Shown here piece by piece: positions 37,558-47,076 of a DNA stretch of 64,000 nt (the stretch's first letter is position 1; every line of letters begins with the position of its first letter). The translations under genes and the position numbers were made by a program. The stretch is taken from NCBI GenBank assembly GCA_018971305.1, contig JAGXBC010000001.1, positions 173,956 to 237,955 on the forward strand, read 5' to 3'. Under the pieces are notes generated by a model. That model worked only from the letters and a program-made list of their open reading frames with translations. It was not told the origin of the DNA and ran no database searches. The stretch is from Patescibacteria group bacterium (lineage in GTDB: Bacteria > Patescibacteriota > Minisyncoccia > UBA6257 > 2-01-FULL-56-20).

Positions 37558-37794
37558 TCAGCGAAACTTCAAGCCGTATTTAAAAAGAAAGTCGTGCATA
37601 ACCAATACGCAAATCAGAGCGCTAACTAAACCGGCTGGACCAGATATTCCGACGAAAGCTGCTGAAATCTGGTGTTGAACCTTGCATTCCGTTGCCACTT
37701 GAGAAAATTTCCCCTGTAAATAGGCGAAATATCCTCCGTATACCAAAATCGCGCAAACAATCCATATCACAACAAATAAAACGGTCATATTCAC
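37558..37794 (-). CDS. Small hypothetical membrane protein (2 TM)
   Basis: 78-aa ORF with two hydrophobic helices. Weak support. Confidence 0.3.
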   Translation of the reverse strand: MNMTVLFVVIWIVCAILVYGGYFAYLQGKFSQVATECKVQHQISAAFVGISGPAGLVSALICVLVMHDFLFKYGLKFR

Positions 37795-37866
37795 CTCTCA
37801 AACGTATTTCTGATGATCATACTACATCGCGTGCGACCACGGGTCAAACAGCTTATAATTTAATAA

Positions 37867-38310
37867 ATGAAAACAATCGCGGAAAACCGCCGGGCGCGGT
37901 TTGACTATGAAATATTGGAAACAATGGAAGCGGGCGTGGAGCTGCGCGGTTTTGAAGTTAAAAGCGCCAAAGCAGGAGGTTTTAATCTGGCTGGAAGCTA
38001 CGCTATTCTGAGAAACGGGCAGGCCTGGCTTATTAACTCTCAAATTCCACCATATCAGCCCAAAAACACTCCGGATGGCTATGATCCCTCCCGCTCTCGC
38101 CGCCTGCTCTTACACACATCGGAAATCATCTCCTTGGCAGGAAAACTTAAAGATAAATCGGTTCACCTGATTCCATTACGTACTTATATAAAAAATAATT
38201 TGGTAAAGATTGAACTCGGACTTGCGCGTTCACGAAAAAAATCCGACAAGAGGGAACTTATTAAAAAGCGCTCCGCAGAAAGAGAAATGATGCGGGCTAC
38301 CTCAAGGTAA
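37867..38310 (+). CDS. smpB: SsrA-binding protein SmpB
   Basis: IAENRRARFDYEILETMEAGVELRGFEVKS...GGFNLAGSYA...LLLHTSEI are canonical SmpB motifs. Confidence 0.9.
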   Translation: MKTIAENRRARFDYEILETMEAGVELRGFEVKSAKAGGFNLAGSYAILRNGQAWLINSQIPPYQPKNTPDGYDPSRSRRLLLHTSEIISLAGKLKDKSVHLIPLRTYIKNNLVKIELGLARSRKKSDKRELIKKRSAEREMMRATSR

Positions 38311-38311
38311 A

Positions 38312-38839
38312 ATGATTATCGTCTTTACGGGTAACGGCAAGGGAAAAACCACGGCATCTCTCGGCCAAATGGTTCGGGTTTTGGGGCGTGGTAAAAAAGC
38401 GCTGATGATCCAATTTATCAAAGGCCCTTGGCGTTCTGGCGAGGATGAGTTCGCCGCCAAATTCCAGATTCCAGATTCAATATTCCATATAGAAAAAATG
38501 GGGCTCGGCTTCGTTGGAATCCTAGGGGATAAACTTCCGCGCGAAGAACACGAAAAAGCAGCTGAGAAAGCAATCGCACATTTCGAAGAGGAATCGCGCT
38601 CCGGCAAGTGGCATTTGATTATATTAGATGAAATTAATGTGGCGGTGTCTCTCGGGCTCTTGAGCGCCGCGCGTGTAGTTGAAGCCGTAAAAAATTATCC
38701 CGAAAACAGAATCTTAATGCTGACCGGCCGCAACGCTCCGCAGGAATTCCTCGACCTTGCGGACCTTGCCACGGAAATGCGGGAAATAAAACACCCCTTC
38801 CAAAGCGGCGAACGGGCGAAGTTTACGGTGGAATTTTAA
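38312..38839 (+). CDS. Cob(I)yrinic acid a,c-diamide adenosyltransferase family protein (CobA/CobO/BtuR)
   Basis: FTGNGKGKTTASLGQ P-loop and IQFIKGPWRSGE are typical of PF02572. The gene lies 1 nt after smpB. Confidence 0.75.
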   Translation: MIIVFTGNGKGKTTASLGQMVRVLGRGKKALMIQFIKGPWRSGEDEFAAKFQIPDSIFHIEKMGLGFVGILGDKLPREEHEKAAEKAIAHFEEESRSGKWHLIILDEINVAVSLGLLSAARVVEAVKNYPENRILMLTGRNAPQEFLDLADLATEMREIKHPFQSGERAKFTVEF

Positions 38840-38910
38840 CGGGTGGCGAACCCCATACAAAAGAAAATGCCCGGGTTCTTTTCCGGGCTTTATGATTTTG
38901 CTCATAGAAA

Positions 38911-39057
38911 CTATTTCATCTTGGCCGACGTAGCAGCAGAACCGGCCTCGCGATTGACGACCTTAGCGCAACCATTGCAGAAGATCTTCTCTTGACCCTC
39001 AAGGCATTTACCACATTTGTGGCAAACCTTCTTTTGCGGCGACGCTTTCGTTTCCAT
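38911..39057 (-). CDS. Small (48 aa) four-cysteine zinc-ribbon protein
   Basis: Minus-strand ORF METKASPQKKVCHKCGKCLEGQEKIFCNGCAKVVNREAGSAATSAKMK with a strong SD (GGGAGG) 6 nt upstream. It is below the ORF-track length cutoff. Confidence 0.5.
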   Translation of the reverse strand: METKASPQKKVCHKCGKCLEGQEKIFCNGCAKVVNREAGSAATSAKMK

Positions 39058-39236
39058 CAGAACCTCCCTTCGCACTATGAGTTGGATACATCTTAATATA
39101 TATACGAGAAGAAGTCAATATTAGAAACGGTAGGCCAAAAACAAAGTTGTCATAAGATTAGAACAACGGTTTTGGTAAATACGATTTCTGCGTAAAAAAG
39201 GCTGCATATAGCCGCAGGGAGAAGATAAATAAAACA

Positions 39237-39644
39237 CTAACCACGTTGATGGATCACGTACTTTGCTGTAATCTTCTCACATTTCAGAACCTCTCCTACC
39301 ACGACAACGAATACACGCCTTTCGAAGTCCGTGAATTGTTTGATTCCCAACTCCGTTACGCCCTTGTAGTGGATGTCGAACGTAACTTCCCGACCAGAAC
39401 TGATAAACCTAATATCAGTGAATCTCTCCTCGGGAGATTGGTTATCCAAAACTCTGATCAGCCTTCTAAGCTCTACCGCATCAAGGTTATACGACCTGAA
39501 ACAATTACTGCATCCTTCCTCATGGTAGCGCAATGTTGCCCTTAATGGCTCATCGGGACAAACAGAGAACGTTAACCTACATCCTTCCTTTCGTAAAATA
39601 AATTCTGTGTTTGAATTAATTCCGCCGTTGCGATCAACTATCAT
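39237..39644 (-). CDS. Hypothetical protein
   Basis: 135-aa ORF with no recognisable motif. Confidence 0.35.
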   Translation of the reverse strand: MIVDRNGGINSNTEFILRKEGCRLTFSVCPDEPLRATLRYHEEGCSNCFRSYNLDAVELRRLIRVLDNQSPEERFTDIRFISSGREVTFDIHYKGVTELGIKQFTDFERRVFVVVVGEVLKCEKITAKYVIHQRG

Positions 39645-39769
39645 TTTTCCCTCCGATATTCTTTTATGGCTATAATACTAATGCGAGTATAGTTGATATA
39701 TTTTAGAGCGTCAATTTGGATAACCCTAAGAAATTATCAATGGCGAGAATTTCCAATTATAATAAATGA

Positions 39770-40852
39770 ATGCGCGGAATTAATATTTTTAGCCGAGGTG
39801 AAGATTTCTACAATAGTATTGAGAGCGAAATGGCCCGGGCCGAGAAAGAAATCCTCATTAATGTTTACGCGTTCCAAAACGATTCGGTTGGAAAAAGATT
39901 TATTGAAATAATAAAGAGAAAATTAAGGAGTGGCATAACCGTAAGAGTGATAATTGACGGCTTGGGAACCAGGCGCAATGGAGACGAGATAGCGCGCGCG
40001 CTTGCAGGATACGGAGATGTCGTGCGCATATTCCGTCCGCGAGGCGGATATTTCTGGCACAATCCCAAAATGTCCTTGCGCCGCGACCATGCAAGAATAT
40101 TTTTGGTAGACAAAAAAATTCTCGGCGTAGGCGGCATATGCATCGGCGACATCTATAACGAACGGCAGGACATAGCCGCGCTCGTTTCCGCTGAAGATAC
40201 AAGTAGTGTCATTGATTATTTTGATTATCTCTGGATGCTTGCCGGCAATAAAAATGGCGACCCAGAAGCACTGGTACCAAAACAGCTTTCCTCTCCCTTC
40301 TCTCTCGCCCCCGAAGTTAAAGCGCTTATCTCGGGACCATTGGAAGCAGAACAGGCAATCTATAGATGGGCCCTAGAGCGGATAATTACCGCAGAAAGAC
40401 AAATCGTTATCGTATCGGCATGGTTTCTCCCAACCACAGAGCTCATTAAAGCTCTTTGCGATGCCAAGGAACGAGGGGTGGACATTTCTATTATCACCCC
40501 ATCCCACACAGACAAACGCTGGTACGACGAATTCCGCGGCGCGGCCATACCGAAGCTATTAAAAAAAGGAATACGCTGGTACGGTGCGCACGAATATTTC
40601 CATCAAAAATTCTTTTTCGTTGACGATGACTGGTGCTTGGGAAGCGCAAATTTTGATATGGTAAGCATGAACAGGAATTACGAACTCAACATCTGCGGCC
40701 ATGGCGGAGAGGTGCTCAAAGAACTCCAAAATAATTTCCAGGCGCTCGTTAAAAACAGCAGACCGATAGGATATACCAGAGTGAGCTTATTTGTAAAAAC
40801 AGTTAGAGTGTTTGCCTATCGGTTATTTGAGACGTTGATAGTAACGCGGTGA
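39770..40852 (+). CDS. Phospholipase D-family protein (cardiolipin-synthase/PLD-like, two HKD-type motifs with the first degenerate)
   Basis: Motif 2 is HQKFFFVDDDWCLGSANFD (canonical HxKx4D...GSxN). Motif 1 is RRDHARIFLVD (K to R). Confidence 0.65.
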   Translation: MRGINIFSRGEDFYNSIESEMARAEKEILINVYAFQNDSVGKRFIEIIKRKLRSGITVRVIIDGLGTRRNGDEIARALAGYGDVVRIFRPRGGYFWHNPKMSLRRDHARIFLVDKKILGVGGICIGDIYNERQDIAALVSAEDTSSVIDYFDYLWMLAGNKNGDPEALVPKQLSSPFSLAPEVKALISGPLEAEQAIYRWALERIITAERQIVIVSAWFLPTTELIKALCDAKERGVDISIITPSHTDKRWYDEFRGAAIPKLLKKGIRWYGAHEYFHQKFFFVDDDWCLGSANFDMVSMNRNYELNICGHGGEVLKELQNNFQALVKNSRPIGYTRVSLFVKTVRVFAYRLFETLIVTR

Positions 40853-41051
40853 TGTGGAGCGTATCGGCCTGCCTGCCGGCTGGCAGGGACAACCGACAAA
40901 CTCTGGTACGTGGTATTTATGAGATGTTGATTAATACAGTATAAGTCTTATAAACCCATAGTATAGTAACGTTCATAGCGTGCGTGACGTTAATGAAAAA
41001 AATAAGCCCTGCTCCGATTCGGATAGATACAGGGCCATTGAATAACGATGG

Positions 41052-41588
41052 TTAATTACGAGGACGAAGAAGAACTGTTAGGGCTCGATAGTAATGGTTA
41101 TTACTACGGTCGGCGATGCCTTCGGCCAAAGCAACGTAATACGCCGACTTACCGTAGTAAGTTTCCGCCAAAATAATCATTAATGCTTCATCGAGTAACT
41201 CTGGGAACCCGGAGAAGGAGAAGATATGGTCGTTGGTTAATCTGATCGCTCCGCCCCACTGTCCTGCTTCGGGATTCCTGCTCTCATAGCTCGAACAGTA
41301 GATTAAGGGTCTCGATGCCAGTCGTTGCGCCTTTTCTTTACAAAGTTGCATATACTTCTCGGCCTTCTCGACTGCAACTTCACCGATTTGGGTTGGTTCG
41401 AAGAAGGGCTTACCGTTTCCGTCCGCAAGGCAGAAATATCCACCCCTTCGATTGCCCACTTCTTGGTTGTTTTTGAATAGGAAATTTACATCGCCGACGA
41501 GCGAAACCAAAGTGCCTCGCAGTTTCTCAAATTCATCCCTTAACATCGTTGTCCTCCTCATCGAACTGTGCTGCCGACATTTTACCAC
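41052..41588 (-). CDS. Hypothetical protein immediately 3' of tmRNA
   Basis: 178-aa ORF. A likely start is at the internal MLRDEFEKL. No family recognised. Confidence 0.4.
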   Translation of the reverse strand: MVKCRQHSSMRRTTMLRDEFEKLRGTLVSLVGDVNFLFKNNQEVGNRRGGYFCLADGNGKPFFEPTQIGEVAVEKAEKYMQLCKEKAQRLASRPLIYCSSYESRNPEAGQWGGAIRLTNDHIFSFSGFPELLDEALMIILAETYYGKSAYYVALAEGIADRSNNHYYRALTVLLRPRN

Positions 41589-41700
41589 TTGACTACCAAC
41601 TAGTCAAGGATATGGTTCAATTCCAGTAATCTCTCCCTCTGTTTTTGACCATTTTTGCGATTTTGGGGAAACCGAAAATAAGTTAGGTAAATAAAGAACG

Positions 41701-41720
41701 AACTCCTATTTCTAGGAGTT
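41701..41720 (-). terminator. Terminator hairpin after tmRNA (aactccta-tttc-taggagtt)
   Basis: Perfect 8-bp stem directly 3' of the tmRNA acceptor end. Confidence 0.55.
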
Positions 41721-41732
41721 CAATTCTGTGTC

Positions 41733-42049
41733 GGTGGAGATGGGCGGAATTGAACCGCCGTCTAAGGATTGCGCCGCTGAACCATCTACGAACGTATTTC
41801 AGTTAAGAACTGAACAAAAGCGATTCTAATTTTCGCTCCAATGCAGAATCATCCATCGGAACTACGCCTCCTTATATAAGACCGGTATTAACCTAAGAGG
41901 TCCAGATTAGCCGATCCTCCGGTGTTACGCGTAAGCGAATGCCGGAGCCGCAACTTTTGAGTTGGCAGTTATTGTTTTTTCGCGAGTTTAACGAGTCCGC
42001 CCTCGGTCCGCAAATTCAGAACGCATCCTTATCGAAGCCGATCATCCCC
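41733..42049 (-). ncRNA. ssrA: tmRNA (ssrA), about 317 nt. Predicted tag peptide is (A)ANSKVAAPAFAYA.
   Basis: The 5' end GGGGATGATCGGCTTCGATAAGGATGCG pairs with the 3' CATCTCC-ACC, including G3:U70. The tRNA-like T-arm is GGCGGTTCAATTCCGCC. Resume codon GCC follows ACAATAACT, and the tag ORF ends at TAA. Confidence 0.8.
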
Positions 42050-42165
42050 GTATTCAATTTTCAATTAGATTATATCAATATTGTCAGAGAAAGTCAAGAA
42101 AGTCGGGCTTTGTTATAATGAATAAGACGCAATCGTAAAGGTCGTAATACTAAAAAATCATAGAA

Positions 42166-42384
42166 ATGGACAATTCAAATATGTCTTCCGGGAACGGAAT
42201 GGTTTGCCGCTGTCCGCACCACAAGATGGTTCCTCTTCTTGTGGTCCTCTTTGGACTCGCCTTCCTCCTTGAAGCTCTTGGCACATTGAGTGCGAGCTTC
42301 GTGAACATCGCCTGGCCGGTTCTCGTGATACTGGCTGGAGGTATGAAATTGATGAAAGGGATGTGCAAATGTTGCGCTAATTAA
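42166..42384 (+). CDS. Small Cys-rich membrane protein
   Basis: 72 aa with two hydrophobic helices and Cys clusters (CRCPHH, CKCC). An extended -10 (tgttataat) lies upstream and a terminator downstream. Confidence 0.4.
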   Translation: MDNSNMSSGNGMVCRCPHHKMVPLLVVLFGLAFLLEALGTLSASFVNIAWPVLVILAGGMKLMKGMCKCCAN

Positions 42385-42392
42385 GGAATAAA

Positions 42393-42425
42393 CTCCCCCC
42401 GCCTACGGCGAGGGGGGATTTTTTA
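42393..42425. terminator. Bidirectional GC-rich terminator hairpin between convergent genes
   Basis: ctccccccgcc-tacg-ggcgaggggggat followed by a T-run on the plus strand and an A-run on the minus strand. Confidence 0.55.
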
Positions 42426-42440
42426 TTATTATTCCTAATT

Positions 42441-43010
42441 CTATTTGTCCTCAACTATTTTTTGCACATTCGCCCGCCGCAAAAGCTCTTCTTGTAATTT
42501 TTCGGCGACGTCTTTATCAAGTGCCGGCAGAATTCCTTCTGATTGCCCCGTGCCATCTTTGGCGTCTTCATGCCCGGCAGTAAGAATCACGAGTCGGCTC
42601 AAACCCCACAAGCGATAAGTTATGCTCCGCTCTATGGTTACATCCTGAATCTGGCGATAGGGAATGGCCACTTGCTCCTGGCTAAAAATTCCCCGTTTTA
42701 CCTTAAGCGAATCGACATCCAACATATATTTGTAAGTTACATAAAAAAGCCAGCTTATAAAGAAAGTCATGCCGGCAACCACTGCGAAAAGGCCCAGGCC
42801 GTAAAACCCTATTAACCTCAAATTAACCATATAACCAAAAACGTTTTTTATACCATCGCCGCCGGTTCCGCTTGCGAGAAGAACGAATATGGAGACCAGT
42901 AATATGACGAGCGACACAGTACTCTTCCCTGAAAGAAAAAGCCAAAGAGTTTTTTTGCCCAGATTTCTATATTGTCCTATCCCAAAAGCGACATCATTCT
43001 CGTTATCCAT
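42441..43010 (-). CDS. Bacterial PH-domain (bPH_2 / YdbS/YdbT-like) membrane protein
   Basis: Two N-terminal TM helices are followed by a conserved membrane-flanked PH-like domain (RGIFSQEQVAIPYRQIQDVTIERS). Confidence 0.55.
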   Translation of the reverse strand: MDNENDVAFGIGQYRNLGKKTLWLFLSGKSTVSLVILLVSIFVLLASGTGGDGIKNVFGYMVNLRLIGFYGLGLFAVVAGMTFFISWLFYVTYKYMLDVDSLKVKRGIFSQEQVAIPYRQIQDVTIERSITYRLWGLSRLVILTAGHEDAKDGTGQSEGILPALDKDVAEKLQEELLRRANVQKIVEDK

Positions 43011-43118
43011 AAATTACATTATAACATCCGGCCTTAATCTCGTTTTGACAAAACCGGGGTGTTCGGCTTACAATGATAAGCGCGCAACGAAATAGGAACC
43101 TGTTAAAATAAACCCATA

Positions 43119-43622
43119 ATTAAACCCAAAATCAACAGCCAAATAACCGCCCCGGAATTAAGGGTGGTGGACGAGAAGGGCCAGAACTTAGGCGTTCTAA
43201 AACGCGAGGAGGCGCTTGCGCTCGTAAAACCCGGTAGCGGCGTAGATCTCATAGAAATAGCTCCGAGTGCCAAACCGCCCGTAGCTCGGCTTATGAGCTA
43301 CGACAAATACCGATACGAAAGGGAAAAGCAGGAAAAGAAAGAGCGTATGGCGCAAAAGACAAGTGGTCCGAAGCAGGTACAGATAAGCGCCCGGGCGGCT
43401 CAAAACGACCTATTAATAAAATCCCGCCAGGCAGATAAATTCCTAGGTGAAGAGCATCCAGTGGAAATTCAAATGCGTTTGCGGGGCCGGGAGAAATATA
43501 ACAAGGATTGGGCTCGACAAAAATTAAACGAATTTATGAAAATGATCACTGTGGAATATAGGGTGATAGGCGAACCAAAATTCGGAGGCCGAGGCATGAT
43601 GGCACAGATAACTAAAAAATAA
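43119..43622 (+). CDS. infC: Translation initiation factor IF-3, probably initiating at ATT (43119)
   Basis: INSQITAPELRVVDEKGQNLGVL aligns with the E. coli IF3 N-terminus (INGEIRAQEVRL...). The in-frame upstream codons reach ATT 43119 before a stop. The ORF-track start at 43164 is GTG. Confidence 0.8.
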   Translation: MKPKINSQITAPELRVVDEKGQNLGVLKREEALALVKPGSGVDLIEIAPSAKPPVARLMSYDKYRYEREKQEKKERMAQKTSGPKQVQISARAAQNDLLIKSRQADKFLGEEHPVEIQMRLRGREKYNKDWARQKLNEFMKMITVEYRVIGEPKFGGRGMMAQITKK

Positions 43623-43630
43623 TTACGATA

Positions 43631-43798
43631 ATGAAAAAAAGCGTATCCAAAAGATTCAAGCTGACCAAAAACGGAAAACTCGTCAGACGGTCAATGTCCG
43701 TTAACCATTTTCGCACCAGAAAAAGCACGAAGAATGTCCGCCAAAAACGGCAAACACGGGGAATCGATTACCCTAATAAAAAAATAATGAACTACTAA
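43631..43798 (+). CDS. rpmI: 50S ribosomal protein L35
   Basis: Hand-translated MKKSVSKRFKLTKNGKLVRRSMSVNHFRTRKSTK..., 55 aa. It sits between infC and rplT in the classic operon order. Confidence 0.8.
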   Translation: MKKSVSKRFKLTKNGKLVRRSMSVNHFRTRKSTKNVRQKRQTRGIDYPNKKIMNY

Positions 43799-43802
43799 AT
43801 CC

Positions 43803-44147
43803 ATGCCAAGAGTTAAACGCGGAATAATAGCCCATAAAAGACGGGAGAAAGTTCTTAAATACACAAAAGGGTTCCGTTGGGGACGGAAATCAAAAGAGCG
43901 CGCCGCCAAGGAAGCCCTGCTTCACGCCTGGACACACTCCTTCCAGGGACGCAAAGAAAAAAAGCGTGTCTATCGCCAGCTTTGGAACGTCCAGATAAGC
44001 GCATCTTCCCGCGCCGAAGGCCTTAGTTACAGCAAGTTGATTGCCGCGCTAAAGAAAAAGAATGTCCGCCTAGACCGAAAGATTCTGGCCGAACTAGCCA
44101 AAAACGAACCTATTGTTTTTAAGAAAGTGGTTGAATTCGTAAAATAA
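43803..44147 (+). CDS. rplT: 50S ribosomal protein L20
   Basis: MPRVKRGIIAHKRREKVLKYTKGFRWGRKS... canonical L20. Confidence 0.9.
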   Translation: MPRVKRGIIAHKRREKVLKYTKGFRWGRKSKERAAKEALLHAWTHSFQGRKEKKRVYRQLWNVQISASSRAEGLSYSKLIAALKKKNVRLDRKILAELAKNEPIVFKKVVEFVK

Positions 44148-44205
44148 TTATCGGTTTTCAGATAAAATAAATAAAAATCGCGCCGGGCAATAAGCTCTGC
44201 GCGTT

Positions 44206-44793
44206 TTATTTTGGCTTGGCGGATGGATCGTAAATCCCCACAGGCACAAACTTAGGCAGGATCTTCTTTATAACGAAAATAAATTTCTTCTGTTTTCTGA
44301 TTACGCTCCGCAATTCCCGAAGAGCTTCGTGTTCTTCCCGCGTTTTAGTTTTTTCTATTCCCTCAATGTTCGGGGTAACGATCACGAAGCATCCATACTT
44401 TGATTCGCATAAAAGGTCGCCGCCGCCGATACTAACAAAATTCTCCAGCCAATTATTCGGCGGAAGAACCGGATTGTCAGCTGTTCTTTGAAGCATCCTC
44501 ATTGTCGTTCCACATGATTCTCCTCTGAAGATATCCGAGTCCGTCAACTTGCGGAATATACGCAGTGCATTCCGATGTATTAAAAGGTTCCTTTGGGCAC
44601 AAAGATAGAAAATCAATTTATGAAAAGTTTCGTCGTCATCCACCAAAAAGGCGGCGGACTCTTCCTTAAATCGTTTTTCAAAATATATCTTAATGGAAAC
44701 CCAGTATATTAACGCTAAGATCGGTGCGCCAGCATATAAATAGATAAAACAGACAAGGGCAACGAAAACAAGGATCCAAATCCACCACGTCAT
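44206..44793 (-). CDS. Hypothetical N-terminally membrane-anchored protein
   Basis: 195 aa. An N-terminal TM pair is followed by a soluble domain with no recognised motif. Confidence 0.4.
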   Translation of the reverse strand: MTWWIWILVFVALVCFIYLYAGAPILALIYWVSIKIYFEKRFKEESAAFLVDDDETFHKLIFYLCAQRNLLIHRNALRIFRKLTDSDIFRGESCGTTMRMLQRTADNPVLPPNNWLENFVSIGGGDLLCESKYGCFVIVTPNIEGIEKTKTREEHEALRELRSVIRKQKKFIFVIKKILPKFVPVGIYDPSAKPK

Positions 44794-44877
44794 CTTCCTA
44801 CCCCCCCAATCAAAATTGCTATATTAAGGCTAACAATCCTTACAGTTTATGCAATTTTCGCCGATTAACTATCTTTC

Positions 44878-45342
44878 TCAGGCACGACGGCCATATCTCG
44901 CGGAAGGACCACGCATTCTGGCTCGCAAAAAGTCGTAGGCCTGCCTTAAGACCTTTTGGCTGTCTTTATACTTACCTAAAATTCTTTGGGCGTCCCTGAA
45001 TAAAAACCAGCCGTATCCTTGATGCTCAAAAGAAATTCTTACGTCTTTTTTGGAAGATTCCGCCAGATAAAAAATTACCACTTTAAATATGCTCTGCCCG
45101 GATTTTTTGAAGTAAAACCTCTCATAAGCCTGGAATCCCGGTATTAGGCGCAGGTCGTGCCCGGAAAGTCCGGCCTCCTCCCTCGTCTCGCGAAGCGCGG
45201 CCGCTAAACTCTCTTCTTCCGATTCAATATGCCCCTTGGGAAAATTCCAATAACTGCCACCGTGATATAGAATCAAAAACTTGGGACCTTCCTTGGTCCT
45301 CCTATAGGCGATTATTCCTGCCGATATCTCTTGTTTTGTCAT
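44878..45342 (-). CDS. NUDIX hydrolase
   Basis: Nudix box GHIESEEESLAAALRETREEAGL. Confidence 0.85.
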   Translation of the reverse strand: MTKQEISAGIIAYRRTKEGPKFLILYHGGSYWNFPKGHIESEEESLAAALRETREEAGLSGHDLRLIPGFQAYERFYFKKSGQSIFKVVIFYLAESSKKDVRISFEHQGYGWFLFRDAQRILGKYKDSQKVLRQAYDFLRARMRGPSARYGRRA

Positions 45343-47069
45343 TTTAGAAATTCTAACATTTTTGCCACGGGCCAGGCATTAATAATGTCTTTTCTCTCGG
45401 CCCAACCGCGACGCGCCTGCGCAATGCCATATTCCAGATAAGGAAAGTGCGCGGGCGAATGAGCATCGGAGTCGATGGACATTTTCACCCCCATCTCCAC
45501 GCACTTTCTAATATGGTCGTCTTTCAAATCTAAGCGGTCGGGGTAGGCATCTATTTCCATTATTGTTCCGGTTTTTTTAGCCGCCTTTATTAATTCATCC
45601 ATATCAACTTCATAAGCTTCGCGGCGATTAATAATGCGTCCTGTTGGATGGAAAATAATATCAACATTTTTATTTTCCATCGCCCGCTTAATACGCGCGG
45701 TCTGCTCAGCGCGCGGCAAGTTAAAATAGGAGTGGACCGAGGCACCAACGACATCCAGCTTTGCCAAAATATTGTCCGGCAGATCAAGTGATCCGTCCTT
45801 TAAAATATCGCACTCGCTACCCTTCAGAATTTTGATTTTTCCGGCAAACTTCTTGTTTAGACGATCTATCTCGGCCATCTGCTTTAGAATCCTTTTTTCG
45901 TCCAGACCGTGCGTCATAGCCAGGCGCTTTGTGTGATCGGTTATAACTATATATTCAAGTCCATTTTTTCTAGCCGCAAGCGCCATATTCTCTATAGAAG
46001 CAGAACCGTCCGTCCATTCCGTCTGCACCTGCAAATCGCCACGGAGATCGTTATAGCCGACAAGCACCGGCAGGGCGTGTTTCCTAGCCAGCTCTATCTC
46101 GCCAGTGTTCTCGCGCATCTCCGGCTCAATATAATCCATACCGAGAGCTTTATATAGCTCTTCTTCGTTTTTGCCGGCAACCTGTTTTTTCCTTTTAAAC
46201 AATCCGTATTCGTTCAATTTATAACCCTTAGAGATGGCGATTTTGCGCAGAGCTACGTTATGGTCTTTGGAGCCGGTAAAATAATTAAGCGCCGCGCCAT
46301 ACGAGTTCGCCCTAACTACACGCAGATCAATATCCATTCCTGATTTTATTTTAATGGAAGATTTGGTCGCTCCATGCGCATGAACTTGTGCCACCTCCGG
46401 CATCTCAACAAAATAATCCATTATCGGCGCCGGTTTTTTTGAAACTACGAGAATGTCCGCATCTCCTATTGTTTCCTTGCTACGCCGAGTTGATCCGGCG
46501 ACTATTGTTTTTTCCACGCCCGGTAAAGAACGCAGACGCTCTTCAATCGTTTCTATAGTGGGCATAACAGAACCCAACACGAACCGCCCGCCCGATTTCT
46601 TTACGAATTCAATTCCCTTTAGGATATTCTCTTCGCTTTTCTTTCCAAAACCATCAAGGCGAGAAATTTTTCCCGCACGCGCCGCTTTTTCCAAATCAGC
46701 AATACCCTTAATTCCTAACTTTTGATAAAGCTTTTTTATGGACTTCGGCCCAAGACCCTCTATCCCCCCGAACTCTTCTAGCCTAACGGGTGTTTTCTTT
46801 TTTATATCTTCGTAATATTTACAACGCCCGGTTTTGATTATCTCCTCTATTTTTTCTGCGATAGACACGCCAACTCCAGGAATTTCTTCAAGCGCCTTTA
46901 GTCCGCCTTTTTCATAAATATCCCTCGCTTCTTCTTCCAGCCCGCCTATAATCTCCGCGACTTTTTCGTAAGCGCGCGGCTTAAAGGGCACGTCCTGCAT
47001 TTCCAGGTAAATAGATATCTCCGAGAGTATTTCCGCGATAATTCTATTAGTAATCTGATCTCTGGACAT
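45339..47069 (-). CDS. polX: DNA polymerase X family protein with C-terminal PHP phosphoesterase domain
   Basis: N-terminal Pol-beta-like HhH region (GIGVSIAEKIEEI), a GDADILVV nucleotidyltransferase core, and a C-terminal PHP domain (HTHTKRLAMTHGL). Start is chosen at MSRDQ to avoid overlap with the upstream gene. The longer ORF runs to 47102. Confidence 0.8.
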   Translation of the reverse strand: MSRDQITNRIIAEILSEISIYLEMQDVPFKPRAYEKVAEIIGGLEEEARDIYEKGGLKALEEIPGVGVSIAEKIEEIIKTGRCKYYEDIKKKTPVRLEEFGGIEGLGPKSIKKLYQKLGIKGIADLEKAARAGKISRLDGFGKKSEENILKGIEFVKKSGGRFVLGSVMPTIETIEERLRSLPGVEKTIVAGSTRRSKETIGDADILVVSKKPAPIMDYFVEMPEVAQVHAHGATKSSIKIKSGMDIDLRVVRANSYGAALNYFTGSKDHNVALRKIAISKGYKLNEYGLFKRKKQVAGKNEEELYKALGMDYIEPEMRENTGEIELARKHALPVLVGYNDLRGDLQVQTEWTDGSASIENMALAARKNGLEYIVITDHTKRLAMTHGLDEKRILKQMAEIDRLNKKFAGKIKILKGSECDILKDGSLDLPDNILAKLDVVGASVHSYFNLPRAEQTARIKRAMENKNVDIIFHPTGRIINRREAYEVDMDELIKAAKKTGTIMEIDAYPDRLDLKDDHIRKCVEMGVKMSIDSDAHSPAHFPYLEYGIAQARRGWAERKDIINAWPVAKMLEFLK

Positions 47070-47076
47070 TGTCGGT

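Noticed and set aside
41733-42049. Genomic island integrated at the tmRNA 3' end
   Set aside because: Adjacent unknown genes are suggestive. However, no integrase and no direct repeat of the tmRNA 3' end were found in the window, so this is kept only as a low-interest note.
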